A stretch of 64,000 nucleotides of DNA from Candidatus Eiseniibacteriota bacterium (GCA_038231135.1 JBBRLX010000001.1:64001-128000), one strand, 5' to 3'; positions 1 to 9,908 are shown, counted from the first letter of the stretch. Translations and numbers: made by a program. Notes: generated by a model from the sequence alone, not told the origin.

Positions 1-34
1 CCGGGATCACGGCGATGCGATAGTCCCTGGCCAT
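1..34 (-). CDS. 5' end (partial) of isocitrate/isopropylmalate/tartrate dehydrogenase family protein
   Basis: Reverse complement reads ATG-GCC-AGG-GAC-TAT-CGC-ATC-GCC-GTG-ATC-CCG-G = MARDYRIAVIP(G), the typical N-terminus of this family; GGAG SD just upstream; not in ORF track. Confidence 0.7.
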   Translation of the reverse strand, partial: MARDYRIAVIP

Positions 35-249
35 GCGACTCCTCTGAGTGTGGGGATGAAACCCCGCGTGCTGGGCGGCGTCTGATGGGTTGCCACCGGA
101 CGCTAACAGAGGCTGCCGGAGTCCTCCAACACGACCATTTTTTCTCCGCTCGGTTGGAAAAATGTAGAAGTGGGATCTTCGTCCGTTTCCTGGCCTCCGT
201 GGAACCATCGAATTTCAAATGACTTACGCGCGTCGCGAAGTCTGTAAGG

Positions 250-265
250 TTGGCACGAATCTTCC
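250..265 (+). promoter_or_regulatory. Possible sigma54-like -24/-12 element upstream of hybrid kinase
   Basis: TTGGCAC-GAATC-TTCC; -24 box matches, -12 has CC instead of GC; AT-rich context. Confidence 0.3.
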
Positions 266-405
266 GAAGGGACCGGAAATTCAAATTTCCACACCTTTCA
301 CGTGAGCGCCGTCTCCGGGATCCGGATGAGCCCCGCACCGGCGATCCGCAGAGTGCCCTCGTCGAAGCGTTCTATATGTGCCGCCGCCCAACTCTCGAGG
401 ACTTC

Positions 406-1836
406 ATGATCAAGACCGAGGCTCCGCCCAACGCGATCCAGGATGATCAACTGGTGGAACTGCTGACGGCGCTGACCGCGCTCAGGGAAGGCCGCCGCGA
501 TGTGCGGCTGCCGTCGCAGTGGACCGGAGTCTCGGGCAAGGTGGCGAGCGCGTTCGCGGAAGTGGCCGAGCTCAACGAGCGCATGGCCGACGAGCTGGCG
601 CGGCTGCGGCGCGTCGCCGGCCGCGAAGGAGGTTTGCGCCAGCGGCTGTCGGTCGGCGACGTGAGCGGCTTCTGGCGCGATTCGGTGGATTCGGTGAACG
701 ACCTGATCGACGACCTCGTGTGCGACGACCGCAACAAGAGCGAATTCCTCGCGATGCTCGCTCACGAGCTGCGCAATCCGCTCGCGCCCGTGCGGAACGC
801 GATCGAGGTCCTGAATCTGGACGGCCTTGCCCCGGACCGGCAGCAATGGGCGCGCGGCGTGATCGACCGGCAGATGCAACAGATGACCCGGCTGATCGAC
901 GATCTGCTCGACATGAGCCGGATCACGCGCAACCAGCTCGAGCTGCGCCGCGAGCGAGTGACGCTCGCGGAGGTGGTGCAAGGCGCGATCGAGACCAGCC
1001 GGCCGCTGATCGAATCGCACGGTCACCGGCTCACGGTGACGCTCCCCGCGGAGCCCGTGTATCTCGAGGCGGATCTCACACGCCTCGCGCAGGTGCTGCT
1101 CAACCTGCTGAACAACGCCGCCAAGTACACGGAGAATGGCGGGCTCATCGAGTTGGAGGCGCGCCGCGGGGATGGCGACGTCGCGGTGGTGGTGCGTGAC
1201 ACCGGCATCGGGATCCCGCGTGAGCAACTGCCACGGATCTTCGACATGTTCACCCGGCTCGACCGCTCGCTCGAGAAGTCGCAGGGCGGGCTCGGCATCG
1301 GTCTTACGCTCGTGAAGCGACTGGTCGACATGCACGGCGGCACGATCACCGCCGACAGCGAGGGCCCCGGGCTCGGCAGCGAGTTCACGTTGCGGCTGCC
1401 CGTAGCCCGCCCGCCGGCAGCGGCGTCGCCGTCGCCGTCGAAACGCCTGGTCCGCGCCCCGCAGCCATTCCGGATCCTCGTCGCCGACGACAACACGGAC
1501 GCCGCCGACACGCTCGGGATGCTGCTCGAGAGCATGGGCCACAGCGCACGGGTCGCCTACGATGGGCTCGAGGCCATCGAGGCGGCGCAGGACTTCCAGC
1601 CCGAGGTCGCGTTCATCGACGTGGGCATGCCGCGACTGAACGGGCTCGACGCCTGTCGCCGGTTGCGCGCCGACCACGGCTCCGATGCGATGGTGCTGAT
1701 CGCGCTGACGGGCTGGGGACAGGACGAGGATCGCCGCCGGACGCGTGAGGCCGGCTTCGACCACCATATGGTCAAACCGGTCGATCCCACGCAACTCATC
1801 CGGATACTCGCCGAGCTGCAGGCGGTCCGGGGCTGA
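406..1836 (+). CDS. Cytoplasmic hybrid sensor histidine kinase (HAMP-HisKA-HATPase-REC)
   Basis: H-box FLAMLAHELRNPL, N-box NLLNNAAKYT, DTGIG, GLGIGL, receiver ILVADD...FIDVGMP...KP; ATG 406 follows GAGG. Confidence 0.92.
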   Translation: MIKTEAPPNAIQDDQLVELLTALTALREGRRDVRLPSQWTGVSGKVASAFAEVAELNERMADELARLRRVAGREGGLRQRLSVGDVSGFWRDSVDSVNDLIDDLVCDDRNKSEFLAMLAHELRNPLAPVRNAIEVLNLDGLAPDRQQWARGVIDRQMQQMTRLIDDLLDMSRITRNQLELRRERVTLAEVVQGAIETSRPLIESHGHRLTVTLPAEPVYLEADLTRLAQVLLNLLNNAAKYTENGGLIELEARRGDGDVAVVVRDTGIGIPREQLPRIFDMFTRLDRSLEKSQGGLGIGLTLVKRLVDMHGGTITADSEGPGLGSEFTLRLPVARPPAAASPSPSKRLVRAPQPFRILVADDNTDAADTLGMLLESMGHSARVAYDGLEAIEAAQDFQPEVAFIDVGMPRLNGLDACRRLRADHGSDAMVLIALTGWGQDEDRRRTREAGFDHHMVKPVDPTQLIRILAELQAVRG

Positions 1837-1842
1837 GACCGG

Positions 1843-3108
1843 TCAGCTCCCGGAATGCAGCGTGAGCTGAATCGCCGTCCACACCGGCTGCGGCTCGTTG
1901 TGCTTCAAGGCCGGGCTGAACCGCCACATCGGCAGGGCGCCCAGCACGGCCGACACCACGGACGGCGGAATGCGCCCGGCGTCGAACCATGGCAGCTCGT
2001 GCAGCACGATCCGGCCCTGCCGGTTGACGAGCACCGGCAGCGTGAGGTCGGCGGCGGTGCCGTGGCGGCCCGAGTCCGGCAGCGCGGCCTTGATGGAGCG
2101 CACGATCAGCGTCGGCTGGTCCATCTGGACGAACTCCTCGAGCTTGGGACCCAAAGGCGAGGTGAGGAGCCCGGCGGCGCGTTCGCCGGTGAGCAGTTCG
2201 GCCGGCAGCGAATCCGGGTGCCCGAATGGCAGCTGCGCGCGCACCAGCGCGGTCGCGGCGGCGCGATAACTGGAGTCGAGCGACACCGCGGTGCGGAACC
2301 GGTCCTGGGCCTCCATGCGCCGGCCGTCGCGCCACGCGAACACGCCTCGCAGGTAGAACGCCTCGGGCAGCGTGGGATCGAGCTCGGCGGCCACGTCAGC
2401 GGCGTGCCGCGACGTCTCGAGATCGCCGTCGTGCCCGGCGCACACGGCGAGGATCAGCCATTCCTTGCCCGCCAGCGGCCGCGCGGCCACCGCGGCATCC
2501 GCCGCGACGCGCGCCTCGTGCCACTTCGCGAGCGTGGCGCCCAGCTCGGCGCGGGCCCGCACGATGTACCAGTGCCAGCCGTCGAACGAGCCGTTCACCC
2601 AATAGCGGTCACGCTCCGACTGGTAGTCGCGCCGGCGCGTCGCCGGCATCGAATCGTGTTCGGCGGCGACGAGCACCGGTCCCGTCAGGCGCTTCCAGGC
2701 CGCGTCCCTGAGCCCGAGCCGCGACTCGGCGAGCGCCATCGCGATCTCCAGGTCCGCGTCGGGCTTCACCCGGTCGTGGAGCTGGCGCAGTTCGTCCAGC
2801 TCGGGGCCGTAGGCGCCGAGGTCGTCGAGGCGCTTGGCATCGGCGGCGAGGTCGGCAATCGCGAGGCCTGAGGCATGGGCGGCCGGCGCGGGACCAGGCC
2901 TCAGCCGGGGCGCCGTGCGCGGACGCGGCGGCGCATCGCCGAGCGCGGGCGCCGAGGCGAATGCCCGGCCGGGGCTCAGCAGCATCGCCGCGGCGCACGC
3001 GAGCGCGGCGGACGTCGCGAGCGCGGAGCGTAGCCGGAGCCTCGACCGGCGGCCGGCGGGCGTTCGAAGCACGCGTGCCGGGCGGCAAGACGGGGCCATC
3101 GCGCTCAT
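1843..3108 (-). CDS. Secreted TPR-repeat protein with C-terminal TonB_C-like domain
   Basis: Signal-like ALACAAAMLL..AFA; TPR-like helices (AAELDPTLPEAFYLRG); C-term WRFSPALKHNEPQPVW; ATG overlaps stop of upstream gene. Confidence 0.65.
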   Translation of the reverse strand: MSAMAPSCRPARVLRTPAGRRSRLRLRSALATSAALACAAAMLLSPGRAFASAPALGDAPPRPRTAPRLRPGPAPAAHASGLAIADLAADAKRLDDLGAYGPELDELRQLHDRVKPDADLEIAMALAESRLGLRDAAWKRLTGPVLVAAEHDSMPATRRRDYQSERDRYWVNGSFDGWHWYIVRARAELGATLAKWHEARVAADAAVAARPLAGKEWLILAVCAGHDGDLETSRHAADVAAELDPTLPEAFYLRGVFAWRDGRRMEAQDRFRTAVSLDSSYRAAATALVRAQLPFGHPDSLPAELLTGERAAGLLTSPLGPKLEEFVQMDQPTLIVRSIKAALPDSGRHGTAADLTLPVLVNRQGRIVLHELPWFDAGRIPPSVVSAVLGALPMWRFSPALKHNEPQPVWTAIQLTLHSGS

Positions 3109-4346
3109 ACCACCCGCGTCTCGGCGAGCGCCTCGATTACCGCGCGGATCTCGGCCTCGGTGAGCAGGCGGTCGACGCTCTTCGCCCGCTGGAACACGGC
3201 CTGCACGCGTTCGGGCGTCGCCGTGAGCTCGTGGCTCTCGAGCCAGAAGATCACGTTGCTCTCGCCGCTCATCGGGCCGACTTCGATCGACTGGCGGCGG
3301 CCGACGAGGCTCGCGGGCACGCCCGAGTAGACGCGATCGGCGAGCCAGTCCTCGCCCTTGCGGTACGCCTTGATCACCGCCGCCGCGTGCACGCCGGTGC
3401 CGGTGCGGAACGCGTCCTGGCCCACCACCGGATAGTTCGTCGGCACTGGCACGCCGGTGGTGTGGCTCACGCGTTCGCAATACTCGGGCAGCGCCGTGAG
3501 GTCGTTGTCGATCCAGCCCAGCAGCCTGAGATTCACGAGCAACTGGTCCATCGGCGTGTTGCCGACGCGCTCGCCGATGCCGATCGCGCAGCCGTGCACG
3601 CGCGTGGCGCCGGCGCGGATCGCGGCGATGGTGTTGATGACCGCGAGCCCGCGATCGCTGTGGCCGTGCCAGTCGAGGCCCACGTCGGCGCCGCTCTCGA
3701 GCACCACGGTGGCGGCGAACCGCACCAGGTTCGCGACCCCGGTGGGCGTGGCGTGGCCCACGGTGTCGCACAGGCACAGCCGCTGGGCGCCACAGCGGAT
3801 CGCGGTGAGGAACAGCCGCCGCAGCGTGTCGGGATGGGCGCGCACCGTGTCCTCGGTGACGTACATCACCGGCAGACCGTGCTCCACCGCGTACGTCACG
3901 GCGTCCTCGGTGTGGCGCAGCATGATGTCCAGCGTCCAGTTCTCGGCGTACTGGCGGATGGGCGAGGAGCCGATGAATGTGCACACCTCGATCGGCAGTC
4001 CGGTCTGCTGCGAGATCTCGATCACCGGCGTGATGTCCTGGCGCAGCGTGCGCGCCGCGCAGTTCGCCCGGATCGTCATGCGGTGGTCGCGGATCTCCTG
4101 CGCCAGCCGGGCGACGTCCTTCACCACGTGCGGGCCCGCGCCCGGCAGGCCGATGTCGGCGGTGTCGATGCCGAGCCGCTCCATCAGGTGGAGGATGCGC
4201 AGCTTGTCCTCGATCGCCGGCGTGCGCACCGACGGCGACTGGAGCCCGTCGCGCAGCGTCTCGTCGTCGAACTGCACCCGGAACGGCGGCGGCTGCCAGC
4301 GCTCGCCGGCGTCGTTCCAGTCGTAGATCAGGTCACGCTCGTTCAT
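3105..4346 (-). CDS. LeuA-family (DRE-TIM) 2-isopropylmalate/homocitrate/citramalate synthase-like enzyme lacking regulatory domain
   Basis: DETLRDGLQ, CDTVG, HGHSDRG, GIGERVGN motifs; 413 aa. Confidence 0.85.
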   Translation of the reverse strand: MNERDLIYDWNDAGERWQPPPFRVQFDDETLRDGLQSPSVRTPAIEDKLRILHLMERLGIDTADIGLPGAGPHVVKDVARLAQEIRDHRMTIRANCAARTLRQDITPVIEISQQTGLPIEVCTFIGSSPIRQYAENWTLDIMLRHTEDAVTYAVEHGLPVMYVTEDTVRAHPDTLRRLFLTAIRCGAQRLCLCDTVGHATPTGVANLVRFAATVVLESGADVGLDWHGHSDRGLAVINTIAAIRAGATRVHGCAIGIGERVGNTPMDQLLVNLRLLGWIDNDLTALPEYCERVSHTTGVPVPTNYPVVGQDAFRTGTGVHAAAVIKAYRKGEDWLADRVYSGVPASLVGRRQSIEVGPMSGESNVIFWLESHELTATPERVQAVFQRAKSVDRLLTEAEIRAVIEALAETRVV

Positions 4347-4517
4347 GCGGGGACTCGAATCATTGGGGTGCGGGGCGGCGCGTCAGCGGGAAGCTGGCCA
4401 ACGAGTATGCGAGCACGGCCGCCGGGGCGCAATAGGCCGGACGTTTTCCTGACGACGCCGGCCGCCGGGGGCAGCGACTTTCCGTGGCCGTCCGTCACCG
4501 CCGTCCGTCACCGTACG

Positions 4518-5768
4518 TCAGGCGCGCTCCACCACGATCGCGATGCCCTGGCCGCCGCCGATGCAGGCCGACGCCACGCCCCAGCGCTTGCCGCGGCGGC
4601 CCAGCTCGACGAGCAGCGTGTAGAGCAGCCGCGTGCCGCTGGCCCCCAGCGGGTGGCCGAGCGCGATCGCGCCGCCGTTCACGTTCACCTTCTCGCGGTC
4701 GAGCCCGAGCGTCTTCTCCACCGCCAGGTACTGGCCGGCGAACGCCTCGTTGATCTCGATCAGGTCGAGGTCCGCCACCTGGATGCCGGCGCGTTCGCAC
4801 GCCTTGCGGATCGCGGGCGCCGGGCCGATGCCCATGATCGACGGATCGACGCCCACGCTGGCGTAGCCGCGCACGATGCCGAGCGCGCGCTTGCCGGCGG
4901 CGCGCGCCTGGTCGCCGCTGGTGACGATGACGGCCGCGGCGCCGTCCACGATGCCGCTGGCATTGCCGGCGGTGACGAACGATTCCGGACCGAACGCGGG
5001 CTGGAGCTTCGCCAGCCCTTCGAGCGTCGTGCTCGGGAACAGGTGGTCGTCCTTGTCGACCATCATCGATTTCTTCCCGAGCTTCACCTCGACCGGCACG
5101 ATCTCCTCGGCGAACCGCCCGGTCTGGGTCGCGGTGTTGCCGAGCTGATGCGAACGCAGCGCGAACGCGTCCTGCTGCTCGCGCGTGATGCCGTGCTGGC
5201 GGGCGAGGTTATCGGAGGTCTGCGCCATGAAGCAGCCGCAGTAGCTGTCCTTGAGCGCGACGAACAGCGAGTCCTCGAGCTGGCCCTGGCCGAGCTTGAG
5301 GCCCGCGCGCGCCCCGCGGATCACGTGCGGCGCCTGCGACATGTTCTCCATGCCGCCGGCGACCACCCACGTCGCCTCGCCGTCGCGGATCTGCTGGACC
5401 GCGGTGACCACGCTCTGGATCCCCGAGCCGCACAGCCGGTTCAACGTGAGCGCCGGCACTTCGACCCCGAGGCCGGCCTTGAGCGCGACGTGGCGGGCGC
5501 CGTAGATCGCGTCGCTCGACGTCTGCAGCGCGTTGCCCATCACCACGTGGTCGATCTTCGCGGGCTCGATGCCGGCCCGCTCGATCGCCGCCTTCGCCGC
5601 GATGGCGCCGAGGTCGATCGCCGAAACGCTCGCGAGCAACCCGCCGGGCTGGCCGTCCCCGCGCTTGCCACCGATCCACTCGGCCATGGGGGTGCGTGCG
5701 CCCGCTACGATGACGACCTCGGCTTGATCACGGTTCGACAAGGGGTTGCTCCTTCGGATTGAGAACAT
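4518..5768 (-). CDS. Acetyl-CoA C-acyltransferase (thiolase); true start may be slightly downstream
   Basis: NRLCGSG, NEAFA, GGAIALGHPLGASG, CIGGGQG. Confidence 0.95.
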   Translation of the reverse strand: MFSIRRSNPLSNRDQAEVVIVAGARTPMAEWIGGKRGDGQPGGLLASVSAIDLGAIAAKAAIERAGIEPAKIDHVVMGNALQTSSDAIYGARHVALKAGLGVEVPALTLNRLCGSGIQSVVTAVQQIRDGEATWVVAGGMENMSQAPHVIRGARAGLKLGQGQLEDSLFVALKDSYCGCFMAQTSDNLARQHGITREQQDAFALRSHQLGNTATQTGRFAEEIVPVEVKLGKKSMMVDKDDHLFPSTTLEGLAKLQPAFGPESFVTAGNASGIVDGAAAVIVTSGDQARAAGKRALGIVRGYASVGVDPSIMGIGPAPAIRKACERAGIQVADLDLIEINEAFAGQYLAVEKTLGLDREKVNVNGGAIALGHPLGASGTRLLYTLLVELGRRGKRWGVASACIGGGQGIAIVVERA

Positions 5769-5858
5769 GATGGAATCTCGAGTTCGGCGGCGACGCTAGC
5801 AGGCGCGCCGCCCACCCAACAAGCCACGGCCGGCCGGACCCCGTGATAATGTCGGCGC

Positions 5859-6278
<420 letters not shown>

Positions 6279-6372
6279 TCACGGCACTGCCGGCTCCGGA
6301 GCCTTGCCGAGAACTTCGGCGAACGAAGCGTGGCAACCGAATGGAAACACGAGGTCTGGAGCGCGGTGTCCG

Positions 6373-7257
6373 ATGCTGAGGACGCTCGAGGGGGGGACCC
6401 TCTGGGTCATGGTGGCGATCGCGGCGCTGCTCGGGCTCGGGCTGGTCGTCAGCCTCGCGATTCAGCTCCGTCGGGCACTCGCGGCGCGGGAACGCGCGGA
6501 ACTGGAGCTGAAACGTGCCGCGATAGCGAATCAGGAATTTTTCTACACGCTGCTGGAGGAGCTGAATTTTACGCTGGCCGCGCTCGGTACTGTGATCGAG
6601 CTCATGCGACGTGCGGCGGACAAGACCGTTGCGTACTCGCAGTTCCGCGACAAGCTGGATCGCCAGGTCGATCGGCTCCGGAATCTCGTCAACCGTCTGC
6701 TCGACATGAACAGATTCGTGCTAGTCGACTTGGGTGTTCGCAATACCCCGATCAACCTCGCCGATGTGATCAAAATCGCCTGCGAGACGAGCCGGCAGTC
6801 GATCGAAGCGTCCAAACGCCACCTCTCCGTGACGCAGTCGCGAGCCCCGCTGACGTTGCTGGGCGATGAGGCGCAGCTCTCCGAGGTGGTGTCGAACCTG
6901 TTACTCAACTCCGCGAAGTACACGCCGCCCGGTGGCCACATCGAGCTCACTACGGAACGAATCGGCGACGACGCCGTGATCCGGGTGCGGGATGACGGCA
7001 AGGGCATTCCGTCCGACATGCTGCCACGAGAGTACGACCTGTTCATGCAGATCGATCGGTACGGGTCCACGTTTCCATACGGGCTCGGAATCGGCCTCAG
7101 CCTGGCGCGGTGGCTGGTGGAACTGCATGGCGGCACGATCGAAGCCGCGAGCGACGGCGCCGGGCGCGGCACCACGTTCACCGTGCGGCTGCCGCTGGAC
7201 ATCGAGCCCGGGGCGGCGACCGCGGAGCCCCGGCCCGACGCGGAGGCCCGGTCATGA
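6373..7257 (+). CDS. Membrane-anchored histidine-kinase-like protein with degenerate H-box
   Basis: Single TM helix; HATPase motifs NLLLNSAKYT, DDGKG, GLGIGL intact; H-box reads FYTLLEELNFTL. Confidence 0.8.
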   Translation: MLRTLEGGTLWVMVAIAALLGLGLVVSLAIQLRRALAARERAELELKRAAIANQEFFYTLLEELNFTLAALGTVIELMRRAADKTVAYSQFRDKLDRQVDRLRNLVNRLLDMNRFVLVDLGVRNTPINLADVIKIACETSRQSIEASKRHLSVTQSRAPLTLLGDEAQLSEVVSNLLLNSAKYTPPGGHIELTTERIGDDAVIRVRDDGKGIPSDMLPREYDLFMQIDRYGSTFPYGLGIGLSLARWLVELHGGTIEAASDGAGRGTTFTVRLPLDIEPGAATAEPRPDAEARS

Positions 7258-7754
7258 CGCTGCCGGTCGATCCGTCCGTCCCCGCCGTCCGCCCGGTCCG
7301 GCGTGAGGACCTGCCGCGGGTCTGGGAACTGGTGCTGGAGCTGGCCCGCTACGAGCGGCTCGAGCACATCGTCAAGAACACACCCGAGCGGCTAGCCCGG
7401 CACCTGTTCGACGGCCGGTGGCCCGCGGTCGAGTGCCTCGTGGCCGAAATCGACGCAGCGATCGTCGGTTACGCGCTGTTCTTCGGCTGCTACTCGAGCT
7501 TTCGCGGGCAGCCCGTGATCTGGCTCGAAGACCTGTGCGTTACCGAGTCGCGGCGCGGCAGCGGAGCGGGGGTCGCTCTGATGCGGGCGCTGGCCCGGCT
7601 GGCAGTCCTGCGGGAATGTGCCCGGGTGGCGTGGGATGTCCTCGACTGGAACGACCCGTCGATCCGGTTCTACGAGCGGCTGGGCGCCCGGCGGAGCGAG
7701 GGCTGGCACAATTATGTGCTTGAAGACGAGGCGCTGCGGGCTTTGAATCAATAG
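7254..7754 (+). CDS. GNAT N-acetyltransferase (spermidine/spermine/thialysine acetyltransferase-like)
   Basis: ELARYE, WLEDLCV..RRGSGAG, VLDWNDPSIRFY. Confidence 0.88.
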   Translation: MTLPVDPSVPAVRPVRREDLPRVWELVLELARYERLEHIVKNTPERLARHLFDGRWPAVECLVAEIDAAIVGYALFFGCYSSFRGQPVIWLEDLCVTESRRGSGAGVALMRALARLAVLRECARVAWDVLDWNDPSIRFYERLGARRSEGWHNYVLEDEALRALNQ

Positions 7755-7757
7755 ACG

Positions 7758-8537
7758 ATGAACGGCCGGTTGGGCCGTTCTGCCCCCAAAGCCCCTGGGA
7801 AACTTGCGGAGCCGAGCATGAATCGTCGCGCATCTCGGTCGAACCTGCCGCCGCGCACCCTTGCCCTGCTGCGTATGGGTGCGCCGGCGGCCTTCGCCGT
7901 CCTTCTGGCGGGCGCCGCAGCGGCCGATTGTCCGGGCGGCGGTCTCGGAATTCCGTGCGGAACCGACAGCGATGTCCCGTGCGGCCTCAACCTGGTCGGC
8001 CGTTCCGGCACAGCGGCCGATGCCCACAGCACGTTCACCGTCGTCGTGCGCGATATCGCCCACAATCCCGTGGCCGGGTGTGACGTTTCCGTCGACTTCA
8101 GCGGCTGCGCCCCCGACATCCGGGTCGCGATCGATCAACCGTGGCCCGGACTCGCCATCACGTGCGCCGGGGCCGGGAGCGCCGTGGTGCACGCGACCAC
8201 CGACGGCGCGGGGCAGGCGACCTTCAGCATCGTCGGCGGCGCCAACAACGCCGGCACGGGAACGCCGGGCGCCGGATTTCACTGCGCCACGGTTCGTGCC
8301 TGCGGAGATCTGCTGGGGACCGTCAACGTCGGTGCGTTCGACGAGAACAGCTCGGGTGGCCTGAATCCCGCCGACATCTCGGTGTGGCTGCCCGATTTCT
8401 TCAACTCTCAAACGGTGTACGTGTCGCGCTCCGACTACAACTGCACGAACACCATCAACCCCGCCGACCTCAGCATGCTGCTCGCCGCGTCGTTCGGCGC
8501 GGGCTCGACCCAGAGCGGGGGCGACTACTGCCACTGA
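7758..8537 (+). CDS. Secreted Cys-rich protein with Ig-like region and C-terminal dockerin-like Ca-binding repeat pair; start uncertain
   Basis: Signal-like AAFAVLLAGAAAA; VVVRDIAHNPVAG (Big-1-like); DENSSGGLNPADIS and DYNCTNTINPADLS. Confidence 0.7.
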   Translation: MNGRLGRSAPKAPGKLAEPSMNRRASRSNLPPRTLALLRMGAPAAFAVLLAGAAAADCPGGGLGIPCGTDSDVPCGLNLVGRSGTAADAHSTFTVVVRDIAHNPVAGCDVSVDFSGCAPDIRVAIDQPWPGLAITCAGAGSAVVHATTDGAGQATFSIVGGANNAGTGTPGAGFHCATVRACGDLLGTVNVGAFDENSSGGLNPADISVWLPDFFNSQTVYVSRSDYNCTNTINPADLSMLLAASFGAGSTQSGGDYCH

Positions 8538-8544
8538 GCGTCTG

Positions 8545-9066
8545 TCAGTGGCCCCGCACCTGCGAGGTCACGGCTTCGGCGAGCGACTCGTGCAACGCGC
8601 CCAACAGCTCCGCGAACTCGGGGGATCCGCCATCGCCCGCGATGTGCCGCGCGGCGGCCTCGCCCAGACGCTGCGTGACGGTCGTCGCTCCCGACGCGCC
8701 GCCGTCCTGGCCGATCGCGCCGTATTCGGCGTAGCGGTCCGACACCCGCGCGCGCAGCGCATCGAGCGTCTCGCCGGGCTCGAGCGTGCGGCTCCAGCCG
8801 TCCATCACCGCGTCGTGCAGCGCGTCGATCGCGGCGCCGGTCTCGATGTTGAACCCGCCGCCCGCGACGAGTCCCCGCACGCAGCCGTAGAGCGCGAACA
8901 CCTCCCATTCACGGCGGGCCGCGAGGCCGGTGGCGACGGCCGCGCCGTCGCGCGATTCCGCGAGATCCCGAAGCAGCGCGGGCGCGTGCTCGAAGAACAG
9001 CGCGGCGATCGCGCGGCCGCGCTCCACGGGGTCCGTGAGCTTCACGACGGCGGGTTTGTCGTCCAA
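8545..9066 (-). CDS. Hypothetical helical protein
   Basis: Host-like codon usage, overlaps end of hbd, fills gap between genes. Confidence 0.65.
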   Translation of the reverse strand: MDDKPAVVKLTDPVERGRAIAALFFEHAPALLRDLAESRDGAAVATGLAARREWEVFALYGCVRGLVAGGGFNIETGAAIDALHDAVMDGWSRTLEPGETLDALRARVSDRYAEYGAIGQDGGASGATTVTQRLGEAAARHIAGDGGSPEFAELLGALHESLAEAVTSQVRGH

Positions 9067-9908
9067 TTGTAGAAGCCCCGTCCGCTCTTGCGGCCGTTGA
9101 GGCCGGCGAGGACCATCCGCTTGAGCAGCGGGGGTGCTGCGAACCGCGGCTCCTTGAACTCGTCGAACATGATCTGCGAGATGTAGTACGTGGTGTCGAG
9201 CCCCACGTAGTCGGTGAGGAACAGCGGGCCCATGGGGTACCCGCAGCCCAGCTTCATCGCGTTGTCGATGTCATCGCGGCTGGCGAGGCCCTGCTCGAAC
9301 ACCCGCACCGCGTCGAGCATGTACGGCACCAGCAGCCGGTTCACCACGAACCCCGTTGAGTCGCCGCAGCTCACCACCGTCTTGCCGGTGGCCAGGCACC
9401 AAGCGGACGCGGCCTGCACGACGTCGGGGTGGGTGCGCACCGTCCGCACCACCTCGACCAGCTTCATCAGCGGGACCGGGTTGAAGAAGTGGAGCCCGAT
9501 CACGCGGTCGGACCGCTTCACGAACGTGCTCATCTCGGTGATCGACAGGCTCGACGTGTTCGAGGCGAAGATCGTCCCGGGCTGGCAGACATGGTCGAGC
9601 GTCGACAGCAGCTCCTGCTTGGCGGAGATGTTCTCGACGATGGCCTCGACCACCAGGTCGCAGTCCGCGAGCGCCGCCAGTTCGACGGTGCCGGTGAGGT
9701 TTGCGAGCGTCCTGTCCATGTCGGCCTGCGCGAGCTTGCCCTTCTCGACGCCGCCCTTGAGGAACTTCCGGATCGAGCCCAGGCCCTTGTCGAGCACGTC
9801 CTGCGACACCTCGCGCACCACGGTCGGGAACCCGGCCTGGGCGCTGATCTGCGCGATGCCGCTGCCCATCAGCCCGCAACCCACCACACCCACCTTGTGA
9901 ATCGCCAT
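9042..9908 (-). CDS. hbd: 3-hydroxybutyryl-CoA dehydrogenase
   Basis: GCGLMGSGIA, SNTSS, GLHFFNPVPLM, GYPMGP. Confidence 0.93.
   Translation of the reverse strand: MAIHKVGVVGCGLMGSGIAQISAQAGFPTVVREVSQDVLDKGLGSIRKFLKGGVEKGKLAQADMDRTLANLTGTVELAALADCDLVVEAIVENISAKQELLSTLDHVCQPGTIFASNTSSLSITEMSTFVKRSDRVIGLHFFNPVPLMKLVEVVRTVRTHPDVVQAASAWCLATGKTVVSCGDSTGFVVNRLLVPYMLDAVRVFEQGLASRDDIDNAMKLGCGYPMGPLFLTDYVGLDTTYYISQIMFDEFKEPRFAAPPLLKRMVLAGLNGRKSGRGFYNWTTNPPS

Noticed and set aside
3109..3984. N-terminal 292 aa of the 713-aa ORF 1843..3984
   Set aside because: Out-of-frame overlap with the LeuA-like gene; real start is most likely ATG 3108
4488..4514. Short CCGTCCGTCACCG duplication downstream of thiolase
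   Set aside because: Two copies only, no spacers; not CRISPR or a recurring element
2961..5762. 933-aa plus-strand ORF
   Set aside because: Antisense to the LeuA-like synthase and thiolase
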